Assembly (NCBI GenBank): GCA_965660545.1 | Contig: CBFIAF010000019.1 | Coordinates: forward strand, 2,372 to 66,371 | Length of the DNA stretch: 64,000 nucleotides | Origin: Alphaproteobacteria bacterium | GTDB taxonomy: Bacteria > Pseudomonadota > Alphaproteobacteria > Bin95 | Reading direction: 5' to 3' | Part shown: piece after piece, positions 12,584 to 21,354 of the stretch | Layout: the number at the start of each line of letters is the position of its first letter | Numbering within the stretch: the first letter of the stretch is position 1 | Program-made: the position numbers and the translations under genes | The notes under the pieces: model-generated | Databases searched by the model: none | What the model was told of the DNA's origin: nothing | What the model saw: the letters and a program-made list of their open reading frames with translations, nothing else

Positions 12584-15349
12584 TTATCCTTTGGTGTTGA
12601 AGAAGTCTGTTACGCCGGCAATAGCCTCACTCAGTCCAACCCGTTCGGGTTCTGCACCGTCTGGGAAGGCGGTGAACAGTCGACTAGGCGTGCGGCTATC
12701 GAGTATTACAAACACGCCCATGTCATCCTGCCGCCGGATCAATCGCCCGAACGCTTGGGCAAGGCGCAGGCGGACGATACGGTCATCATATTCCCGCCCT
12801 CCAAAATGTGCCCGCCTAGCTTTGTGCAGAATATCTGGCCTTGGCCAGGGCGCGCGGTCGAACACGATCAGGCGGAGCGATTTGCCGGGAACATCTACGC
12901 CATCGCGTGCAGCATCAGTCCCGAGCAGGCAGGCGTTTTCCTCCGCCCGGAAAATCTCTATCAGGTCTGCCAAAGCCATGCGGTCTATGTGCTGGGCGTA
13001 GAGCGGAATCCGCGCTTCCTCCAGCGCTTCGGCGATGCGGCCATGGGCATCGCGCATGCGGTTGATGGCGGTGAATAGCCCAAGCGCCCCGCCGTTAGAT
13101 GCCATGAATAACGATTTATAGGCTGCCGCTACGTCCTCCGGCCGATTTCGGTTGACGTCTGTGACCACAAAAACCTTGGTTTGCCGACCGTAGTCATAAG
13201 GGCTGGCAACACGGGCGCGCAGCGCCTTTTGCAGCAAGTGCGATGCGCCGGTTCGCGTTTCAGCCGCCAACCAGTTCTGCTCCACATCCTCCGTCCGGTC
13301 TGTCAGAGTTGCAGATGTGACGACGGCACCGTGGGCGGATTCCAGCACGGCGTGGGCGAACGGTTTCGAGGGATCAACCCAGTGGCGATGCATGCCAATA
13401 TCGCGGACTTGGCCGTCCGCTTTGTCCAATTGCAGCCAATCAACAAAATCGTCCAGGGCCCCTTCCTGCAGGCTCGTAAGCATTTCGCGCCATGCGGTGA
13501 GTTGCGCACCCCGGCGCAGCAAAGTGCGAGCAATGCCTTCGATGCGCTGGCGGGTCTGGGTCTCCAGGCTGTCTACTTCGTCCTCCAGCCTGGCAAGAAT
13601 GATCGTGCGCAAAGTCTTCATCGGTCCAACCATGCCTTCGATGGCGGTCTCGAGCTTGCGGGCGGCCTCCATCACATCGTCAAGCGGCGGGCGCGCCTCG
13701 CACTCAAGCGTGTAAGGCGATGATTTATTGGATACGCGGGCTTGCACCTGGGCGAATATAGCCGCCAGGAAATGCTCGACAGCACCTACTGGGCCGCCTT
13801 CCAATATGCGTTCCAGCCAGCCGTCGCCGGGAAGGGCAGATGCGCCTTTGAGCGCTGCGTCAAGCGCGGCCTGGCCTTTCTCCACCGCTTTGGGTGGATC
13901 AGTCGGCAATAATTCCCCAGTGCGGGCTTTCAAGCCACGCGCCCGGCCCGCGCGGGCTTCAGCGCCGACAAGCCAGCGCCGAAATTCACGGGTTTCCAGG
14001 CCGGTTAGGGCTGCGGAGAACGCGGCATCGGCGGCGTCGAAAACATGATGGCCTTCGTCGAACACGTAACGCGTTGGGGTATGGGCATCGTCGAGGCCGC
14101 CCACGGCCGCTTGCGCCATGACCAATGCATGGTTGGCGACGACGATGCGCGCGCGACGGGCGCGGCGCACGCTGCGTTCAATGAAGCATTTTTGATAATG
14201 CGCGCAGGCAGCATAAACGCATTCACCACGCCGGTCGGCCAGTCCTAATGCATAGCGCGGCCCGATCAGGTCTACCAACCAGCCTGGCATATCACCGCCA
14301 ACAAGGTCACCGTCCCGTGTTGCCATAGCCCAGCGCGCCATCAGGCCAAGTGCAATTGCATCTTCAAGCCTACCCCTGCCGCCGCGCGCTGCTTCTTCAA
14401 AGTTCAACAAGCAGAGGTAGTTTTCACGGCCCTTGCGGACGACCACATGGGCCTGCTTATCTGCCGCCAGCGGATACAGCCTGTCCAGCTCATCGTCAAT
14501 CTGGCGTTGGAGGTTACGAGTATATGTCGCGATCCATACAGGCGCGCCGTTCTTCTCGGCCCACAGGCTTGCGGGGGCCAGGTATCCAAGCGTCTTGCCG
14601 ACACCAGTGCCAGCTTCCGCCAAAACCAAATCGGGGGCCTCGTCCGATTCGCGAGGCTGGAATGCGGCGGAGCATGCGCTGGAATAATCGGCCTGTTGCG
14701 GGCGGGGTTCTGCGTCATTGCCCAGCATTTCGGTGAGGCGGCGTCGGGTTTCTTCGATTGGCACTGGCTGCTGGCCAGGTTCGCCATCGGGCGGGTCTTC
14801 CCGCCATACAGGTAAGCGCCGCCACACTTCAAACCCTCTGCCTGATGCGCTGGCAACCGTTGCGCCAGATGCCGCCGTAGCGCGGGCGGCGACTGGTCCC
14901 CAGGCCCATCCAGCATCAGCCATGGTCCAGGCAAGATCGGCGACATCTGCATCCGGTTTTGCAGCGGCAAGCTCCGCCAGCAATAGCCGTGCGGCTTCCA
15001 AAAGCGCTCCAGCAGAGTCTTCCAAGGATTTCGGTTCTGCCAGCCCAAGGGCTGCAGCGACGCCTTTTGGTGTAGGCAAGCAGAAACGCGCAGGGCGCAC
15101 GAACGCGTAGAGCGATAGCAGATCGAACGCCTTAAACGGCATGCCGCCCAGCCGCCGCGCTGCGTTCTGCATATGCACCACCACGGGCACCTCGGCGCGG
15201 GCGCGGGCGGCGGCGTCTTTCAAGGACAGTCGCGCAATCTTGCCGTCGCCGCTCATCCACACAGCGGTGTGATGGCCAACGACAAGCGCAGGCGGCGGCG
15301 ATGGACGTGCAGGAGAAGGCGGCTCAGCGTCGAGCAAAGCTGCGGCCAA
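12584..15349 (-). CDS. DinG-family ATP-dependent DNA helicase
   Basis: EAGTGVGKT, KGRENYLC, Fe-S Cys cluster (CVYAAC...KC), DEGHH, QAFGRLIR. Confidence 0.9.
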   Translation of the reverse strand: MAAALLDAEPPSPARPSPPPALVVGHHTAVWMSGDGKIARLSLKDAAARARAEVPVVVHMQNAARRLGGMPFKAFDLLSLYAFVRPARFCLPTPKGVAAALGLAEPKSLEDSAGALLEAARLLLAELAAAKPDADVADLAWTMADAGWAWGPVAARATAASGATVASASGRGFEVWRRLPVWREDPPDGEPGQQPVPIEETRRRLTEMLGNDAEPRPQQADYSSACSAAFQPRESDEAPDLVLAEAGTGVGKTLGYLAPASLWAEKNGAPVWIATYTRNLQRQIDDELDRLYPLAADKQAHVVVRKGRENYLCLLNFEEAARGGRGRLEDAIALGLMARWAMATRDGDLVGGDMPGWLVDLIGPRYALGLADRRGECVYAACAHYQKCFIERSVRRARRARIVVANHALVMAQAAVGGLDDAHTPTRYVFDEGHHVFDAADAAFSAALTGLETREFRRWLVGAEARAGRARGLKARTGELLPTDPPKAVEKGQAALDAALKGASALPGDGWLERILEGGPVGAVEHFLAAIFAQVQARVSNKSSPYTLECEARPPLDDVMEAARKLETAIEGMVGPMKTLRTIILARLEDEVDSLETQTRQRIEGIARTLLRRGAQLTAWREMLTSLQEGALDDFVDWLQLDKADGQVRDIGMHRHWVDPSKPFAHAVLESAHGAVVTSATLTDRTEDVEQNWLAAETRTGASHLLQKALRARVASPYDYGRQTKVFVVTDVNRNRPEDVAAAYKSLFMASNGGALGLFTAINRMRDAHGRIAEALEEARIPLYAQHIDRMALADLIEIFRAEENACLLGTDAARDGVDVPGKSLRLIVFDRAPWPRPDILHKARRAHFGGREYDDRIVRLRLAQAFGRLIRRQDDMGVFVILDSRTPSRLFTAFPDGAEPERVGLSEAIAGVTDFFNTKG

Positions 15350-16490
15350 TCAATTGCCGATGCACTTGGTTCGTGCCTTCCCAAATTTGGGTGATCTTCG
15401 CGTCGCGGAACAGCCGCTCGACTGGATAGTCGGAGACATAGCCGTAGCCGCCATGTAGCTGCACCGCCATATCCGCTGCTTTCATCGCGAGATCAGACGC
15501 CCGCATTTTCAGCATGCTGGCTTCAATGCCGACATCATCCTCGCCTTCGTCAATCATTTCAGAGACATGGGAGAGCCAGCGTTCGCACATCGCCAAATCC
15601 GTTGCGATATCCGCCAGCATGAACTGAATGCCCTGGAATTCAACAATGCGACGGCCTGATTGTTTGCGATCATTGATGTAATCAACCCCAGCCTCAAACG
15701 CCGCACGCGCTATGCCCAATGCATGAGCGGCAACACTTGGACGGGACTTATTAAGTGCAGCGAACAGTATGCTCAAGCCGTCGCCCGGGTCTTTCAACAG
15801 GTTCATGCGGGGGACGCGAACGCCATCGAACGCCAATTCCGCTGTGGACGCAGCGCGATGGCCAAGTTTTTCTTCAAGCCGGACAACGTTGAGGCCCGGC
15901 GCGTTCTTCTCGATCACGAGAGCCGATATAGCGCCTTTCGGATCATCAATTTCAGACCATTTTCCAAAGATCAAAAAGATGTCTGCAACATCACCGTTGG
16001 AGATGAAGCGCTTGCCGCCCTCAATCAGAATCTCGTCGCCATCTAGCGTGAAACGTGTGCGCATGCCGGTGGCGTCAGACCCGGCATCTGGTTCTGTGAT
16101 GCAGAGTGCAGCCAGGCCGCCTTGAGCAATAACCGGCAGAAAGCGGCGTTTTTGCTTCTCTGTGCCGAAATCAATAACCGGCTTGATCGCGTGAAATACC
16201 GTTGACCACACAATGCCTGTGGACGCGCAAGCTGCAGCCACTAGCCGCGCACATTCGATGTAGACGGAATAGCGCATACCCGCGCCGCCATAGGCTTCTG
16301 GGATGAATAGGCCATTCAGACCCAAATCATTGATCGCTTTCACATTGTCCCAAGGAAAGGCCTTGGTGCGGTCAAGCTCTGCCGCTCGGGGAGCGATCTC
16401 TTCACGCGCCATCCGGGCGACGCTTTCAATCACCGCCGCCTCGTCTTCAGCCCAATCATGGCCGTTATCCAAACGCTCAAACACGCGCAT
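15324..16490 (-). CDS. Acyl-CoA dehydrogenase
   Basis: CITEPDAGSD, GGKRFISNG, RKQSG...FQGIQF, HGGYGY, IWEGTNQ; start trimmed to ATG 16490. Confidence 0.9.
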   Translation of the reverse strand: MRVFERLDNGHDWAEDEAAVIESVARMAREEIAPRAAELDRTKAFPWDNVKAINDLGLNGLFIPEAYGGAGMRYSVYIECARLVAAACASTGIVWSTVFHAIKPVIDFGTEKQKRRFLPVIAQGGLAALCITEPDAGSDATGMRTRFTLDGDEILIEGGKRFISNGDVADIFLIFGKWSEIDDPKGAISALVIEKNAPGLNVVRLEEKLGHRAASTAELAFDGVRVPRMNLLKDPGDGLSILFAALNKSRPSVAAHALGIARAAFEAGVDYINDRKQSGRRIVEFQGIQFMLADIATDLAMCERWLSHVSEMIDEGEDDVGIEASMLKMRASDLAMKAADMAVQLHGGYGYVSDYPVERLFRDAKITQIWEGTNQVHRQLIGRSFARR

Positions 16491-16598
16491 TGCTAGCGCT
16501 TCCTCATATGACCCTATTTGGGCTGACAATACCGGGCTGTTGCCCGAAGGGCCATGCTGGCACCACCATGTATGCAGTATTTTTGAAAGGCGCACACA

Positions 16599-18605
16599 AT
16601 GACCAATTACATCACTCTGGAAACAGATAGCCAGCCGTTCGCCGATGGCCAGGGCTTTGGCGATGTTGGCCCTTATGAGCGGCTGAAAGGCCGGGCGCAT
16701 TATCGGGTTGATCCGCTGGCGGCTGCGCAGGCGGGCGTGGTGGATATTCAGTATGCGCCTAGGGATGAAGACGGCTACGTTACCTTTGCCACCGACCTGG
16801 TGATTCTTAAGCCGGTGGAAATGGCGCGCGGCAATGGCTCGCTGTTCTTTGATTATGGCAACCGGGGAAATATCCGCGCGCTGCAATACTTCTGTGACGC
16901 GACACAGTCCAACGAACCCAGCACAGCGGCTCACGCAGGCAATGGCTTCCTGTTCCGGCGTGGATTTACGTTCGTGTCGGCGGCGTGGCAGGGCGATCTA
17001 CTGCCAGGGCAGGGGCGCATGTTGCTTGACCTGCCTGTAGCGCGGGCCTGCGATATGCCGATCACAGGCAAGGTGCGGACCGAATTCATTGCCAGCGGCC
17101 CGGGCATTTTCTGTTTCCCACTGTCAGGCCGCTCGTCCACGCGCTCACACCCTGCAGTATCGCTTGACCTGGACCAAGCGGTGCTGACCCGTCGCCGTTA
17201 CGCTATGGATGCCCGGGAAACAGTTCCGGCAAGCGCATGGAGCTTCGCCCGTATCGATCAAGGCGGCGGATTGCACGCGACGGGCGTAGAGCACGGCGTC
17301 GCTCCGAGCCTAGAGCACATTTATATGGCGCAAGGGTTTGAGCCGGGCTGGATTTACGAGCTTGTGTATGAAGGCCAGGACCCATTGGTAATGGGCCTCG
17401 GCCATGTCGCCGTTCGTGATCTGGCAAGTTTCCTCAAGCATCATGACGGTGATGGCAATCCGCTGAGTGGCGGCATCACCCATGCGTATAGCTATGGGCG
17501 GTCGCAGACTGGTCGCTGCATTCGGGATTACGTGTGGTGCGGGTTCAATGAAGACGCCAGAGGCCGCAAGGTTTTCGATGGCGTCATGCCCCATGTTTCC
17601 GGCGCTGGCGGGAAATGGTTGAACCACCGTTTTGCCAACGCCGTCGTCGCAGGCGGGCAGCAACATGAAGATCACTACTGTCCAGCGGACGCATTCCCGT
17701 TCGCCTACACTGAAACCACCGACCATAATACCGGCGAAACGGACAGCATCCTTAAGCGCCCGGATACCGACCCGCTGGTGATGCATTCCCAAACGGCGAC
17801 GGAATATTGGCAGCGCCGGGGGAGCCTCGTGCACACGGATACGGAGGGAAATGACCTGCCGATTCCAGATGGCGTTAGGATTTATGTCTGGTCATCGACC
17901 CAACATGGCTCTGACCCTAACTTGCAGGCGCCGCAGATGAGCGCTGGCGTCGAGTATTTGAATATCGCCCAAACGTCCATGTTGTTCCGCGCCATGCTGG
18001 ACCGGATGGATGCCTGGGCGAAGACGGGTGCCGCACCAGCACCCTCCTGCTTGCCAACGCGGTCAGATGGCACACTGGTCGATTACGAAACATGGTTGGG
18101 CCAGTACCCTGCAATACCGAACAGCCCGATCCCCCAAGAACCAAACCAACTGCCCCATCTGGATTTTGGGCCGGACGCGAAGGCTGGGATTTTGACGAAG
18201 GAGCCGCCTGAGGTTCTGAAAGAACGCGCCTATGCGATCCTGGTGCCTGTTGTTGATGCGGACGGCAATGAGACAGCGGGTGTCCGTGCGCCCATGATTC
18301 AGGCGCCGCTAGGCACATATAATGGTTGGAACGTTCGCCGACGTGGCCTTGGCGGCGGCGCGATGCACGAATTCTCCGGCGGCTATATTCCATTTCCGGA
18401 AACGCCAGAAGTTCAGGCCGCAACAGGAGATCCGCGCCAGTCAATCACTGCGCGTTACGGCGATGATGCTGGTTATATAGCAGCGATCGAAGCGGCATCA
18501 ATGCGGCTTGTTGCAGACGGTTATATGCTCGAAGAAGATATCGAGCAGGCGAAAGCCCGTGCCGCTGATTGGGGCCGTCCACTGCATGACGTGAAGGGCA
18601 TCTGA
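16599..18605 (+). CDS. Large alpha/beta-hydrolase-domain protein (uncharacterised)
   Basis: FGDVGPYERL, NRGN, GRSQTGR nucleophile-elbow-like motif, EYWQRRGSL, VDADGNE..GVR. Confidence 0.7.
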   Translation: MTNYITLETDSQPFADGQGFGDVGPYERLKGRAHYRVDPLAAAQAGVVDIQYAPRDEDGYVTFATDLVILKPVEMARGNGSLFFDYGNRGNIRALQYFCDATQSNEPSTAAHAGNGFLFRRGFTFVSAAWQGDLLPGQGRMLLDLPVARACDMPITGKVRTEFIASGPGIFCFPLSGRSSTRSHPAVSLDLDQAVLTRRRYAMDARETVPASAWSFARIDQGGGLHATGVEHGVAPSLEHIYMAQGFEPGWIYELVYEGQDPLVMGLGHVAVRDLASFLKHHDGDGNPLSGGITHAYSYGRSQTGRCIRDYVWCGFNEDARGRKVFDGVMPHVSGAGGKWLNHRFANAVVAGGQQHEDHYCPADAFPFAYTETTDHNTGETDSILKRPDTDPLVMHSQTATEYWQRRGSLVHTDTEGNDLPIPDGVRIYVWSSTQHGSDPNLQAPQMSAGVEYLNIAQTSMLFRAMLDRMDAWAKTGAAPAPSCLPTRSDGTLVDYETWLGQYPAIPNSPIPQEPNQLPHLDFGPDAKAGILTKEPPEVLKERAYAILVPVVDADGNETAGVRAPMIQAPLGTYNGWNVRRRGLGGGAMHEFSGGYIPFPETPEVQAATGDPRQSITARYGDDAGYIAAIEAASMRLVADGYMLEEDIEQAKARAADWGRPLHDVKGI

Positions 18606-18608
18606 GCC

Positions 18609-19448
18609 ATGACTATTCTGACAGAAGCAGAATGCGCCCAATATCGCGACGCCGGTTATGTCGCTGGAAAGCGCCTGTTGACGGATGCTGAGGCCGCCCA
18701 ATACCGTGTGGATTCAGAACGCTGCTGCGGCCCCCAGAAGAAAGTCGGCGACCGGAGCCAGGCCTCGAATCGCTTAAAGCCCTACCTGCTGTTTCCCTGG
18801 GCAGGAGAGCTGGTGCGCCATCCAAAAGTTTTGGATGCGGTTGAGCAGTTGATCGGTCCAGATATCCTGGTGTTCCACACAACGGTCTGGTTGAAGGAGC
18901 CGATGAGCGGCAGCTTTGTGCCTTGACATCAAGACGCTACATATTTTGGCCTGGAGCCGTTCGAACACGTGACCGCCTGGGTATCGCTCACGTCCTCAAC
19001 GCCAGAAAACGGCTGTGTTGAAGTGTTGCCCGGTTCCCACATAACAGGTCAGCGCCCACATAAAGTCCAACGGGATGAGCGGGCAATGCTCTCACGCGGG
19101 CAGACTTTGACGGATGCGATTGATGATAGCGGCGGGGTTCGCCTGGAAATGCAGCCGGGCGATGTTTCTTTTCACCACATGCTTTTGATGCACCGCTCAG
19201 CCCCGAACCAGACCCATGACCGCCGCATCGGCATCGGTTTCAGTTATATCCCAACCCATGTCCGCCACACCGGCCCAACGCGCCTATCCGTAACACTGGT
19301 GCGCGGCGAAGATCGGCATGGGAATTTTGATCTGGAACCAATGCCAACAGGTGAGGGCGACGCTACGGCGGTAGAGGCCCACTACCAAGCCCTCAGCCGG
19401 TTCTGGGTGGCATCAGAAGGCATTCCGGAGATGGCGCACGCGCATTAG
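18609..19448 (+). pseudogene. PhyH-family Fe(II)/2OG dioxygenase with in-frame TGA
   Basis: One frame reads ...SFVP*HQDATYFG...TAWVSL...HRSAPN...RRIG. The TGA at 18924-18926 replaces the Trp of WHQD. Confidence 0.78.
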
Positions 19449-19498
19449 GGGGGCGCGGTGATTTTCGTTGCCGTCATTTGTTGTGATCCGCAGTTGCC

Positions 19499-19614
19499 AC
19501 CCTCTCCCTGATCCCTCTCCCTCCAGTGAGGGCGAGGGGACCCTCACGGAGGCCGCCTCCCGCTTGGAACCCTCCGCCCCCCAAAGGGGGGAGAGGACAG
19601 GGTGAGGGGGAAGC
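19499..19614. repeat. BoxC-like palindromic intergenic repeat doublet (copy 2)
   Basis: 19499-19541 and 19567-19614 are reverse-complement matches to units A and B at 709-858; lies between convergent genes. Confidence 0.75.
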
Positions 19615-19650
19615 CTGCGGGTGAGTGCCGCCGTTGGCCCTACTTACTTC

Positions 19651-21354
19651 CTAGGATTCCACGTAGCCAAATAGCGCCGTTGCTTCGGCAGCCGTATAGC
19701 GGCCAAGCCGAACGTCTTCGCGTACAGCATTTGCAGATCGTGCCTTCGGGTCGCCATACCCGCCGCCGCCGGGCGTTTGCACACGCACCCGGTCGACGGC
19801 TTTGAGGGGTATGTCCTGCTCCTTGGAGAGATGGTCTGGCACATGGGCCACGCCATCCCGCCAGACAGTGATTTTATTTGGGCCGCCGTCCTGTCCGCCA
19901 GCCGCACCCTGGGGTCCGAAGCGGCCATGGTCCATTACGAAACTGGCCCTGGCTTCACCTCGTCGAATCTCGACCTCGTAGTCGAGCCCAAATCCACCAC
20001 GAAACTCGCCAGCGCCGCCAGACCCTTCGTGCAGAGCGTAGCGACGGAACAGGATCGGGTAATTCTGTTCTAGTACTTCAACAGGCTGGGCTTTAGAAAT
20101 GCCAATGGTCGAGCAGCCATTACTAAGACCGTCACCATCTTCAGACCCGCCATATCCACCGCCCGTCAGTTGATACATCACATAGCTGCGCCGGCTTATC
20201 GGATCAGTGCCACCGAGCGCGAAGTTGCCGCTCGTGCCTGCCGGTGCCGCTGTGGCCCGGTGCGGCAAGGCTTCAACCAGAGCTGCGAACACAGCCTCTG
20301 CGATGCGTTGGGAGACTTCGGCGGCGCACCCGGATACGGGCCGGGGATATTGGGCATCCAGGAACGTGCCTTCGGGCCGGATGATCGTTAGTGGCTCAAA
20401 GGCGCCCGCGCTGATTGGGGCTTCCGGGAAAAGGTGGCGAATGGCCAAATAGACGGAGCTTAGCGTGGTCGCCAGCACGGAATTCATCGGACCTTGGCAG
20501 GGTGGACTGGAGCCAGCGAAATCGAACGTCATATGATCGCCAGCCTTGGCGATATTCAGCCGGATCGCTAACGGCTCATTGACGACACCGTCGCTGTCCA
20601 CCCAAGCGACGGATTGATAGTCGCCATCTGGGATCTCCTGGATGAGTGCGCGCATCTGTGTCGCTGCACGGCTACGAAGCTCAGCGATGGCGGCCTGCAC
20701 CGTGTCATCGCCATAGCGATCCAGCATTGCGCAGAGCCGCTCTTCGCCAAGGTCCAGTGCTGCGGCCTGGGCCTTAATATCCCCGATGCGCTGGTCTGCA
20801 ACGCGGATGTTGGAGCAGATGATCTGGAAAATCTCCTGATCCATCTGCCCGCGCTTGAAAAGTTTTACGGGTGGTAGTCGCAAGCCCTCTTGCTCTACCG
20901 CCGTCGCAGAGGCTGAAAACCCGCCAGGGACCGACCCGCCAATGTCAGGCCAATGCCCCGTGTTGGAGAGCCAGCAAAAAACCTCCCCATTGCGATAGAC
21001 GGGCCGGGCAAAGCGCACGTCCATCAAGTGTGTGCCACCGAGGTAGGGGTCATTGACGCAATACATATCACCGGGTTCAGGTGCGGCTGTCAGCCCTTCG
21101 GCGATCCGTTCAATCAGCACCCGTGTTGAATATTGCATCGTGCCTACAAAGACCGGCAGGCCGCCAGCACCTTGGGCGATCAGCGCCCCGTCTTCAGCGG
21201 CATAGATGCCGTCGGACCGATCATCGGCTTCTGCGATTATGGGGCTGAATGCGGCACGGGAGAATGCTAGGTCCATCTCATCACAAACCTGTTGCAGGCC
21301 GTTTTGGATGACTGTCAGCGTAATTGGATCAAGCGTCATCGGATCAAGCGTCAT
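19651..21354 (-). CDS. Hydantoinase B / 5-oxoprolinase family subunit
   Basis: AFSPII, NDPYLGGTHLMD, HWPDIGG, SGGAGEFRGG, TPGGGGYG. Confidence 0.9.
   Translation of the reverse strand: MTLDPMTLDPITLTVIQNGLQQVCDEMDLAFSRAAFSPIIAEADDRSDGIYAAEDGALIAQGAGGLPVFVGTMQYSTRVLIERIAEGLTAAPEPGDMYCVNDPYLGGTHLMDVRFARPVYRNGEVFCWLSNTGHWPDIGGSVPGGFSASATAVEQEGLRLPPVKLFKRGQMDQEIFQIICSNIRVADQRIGDIKAQAAALDLGEERLCAMLDRYGDDTVQAAIAELRSRAATQMRALIQEIPDGDYQSVAWVDSDGVVNEPLAIRLNIAKAGDHMTFDFAGSSPPCQGPMNSVLATTLSSVYLAIRHLFPEAPISAGAFEPLTIIRPEGTFLDAQYPRPVSGCAAEVSQRIAEAVFAALVEALPHRATAAPAGTSGNFALGGTDPISRRSYVMYQLTGGGYGGSEDGDGLSNGCSTIGISKAQPVEVLEQNYPILFRRYALHEGSGGAGEFRGGFGLDYEVEIRRGEARASFVMDHGRFGPQGAAGGQDGGPNKITVWRDGVAHVPDHLSKEQDIPLKAVDRVRVQTPGGGGYGDPKARSANAVREDVRLGRYTAAEATALFGYVES

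Noticed and set aside
16491-16934. 148-aa N-terminal extension of the acyl-CoA dehydrogenase
   Set aside because: Overlaps the divergent hydrolase gene in antisense; the family domain starts at ATG 16490.
18924-18926. UGA-as-Trp recoding (genetic code 4) or Sec in PhyH
   Set aside because: TGA terminates many core genes here (priA, atpH, atpA, atpC) and TGG is used for Trp; the position is not a Cys and has no SECIS.
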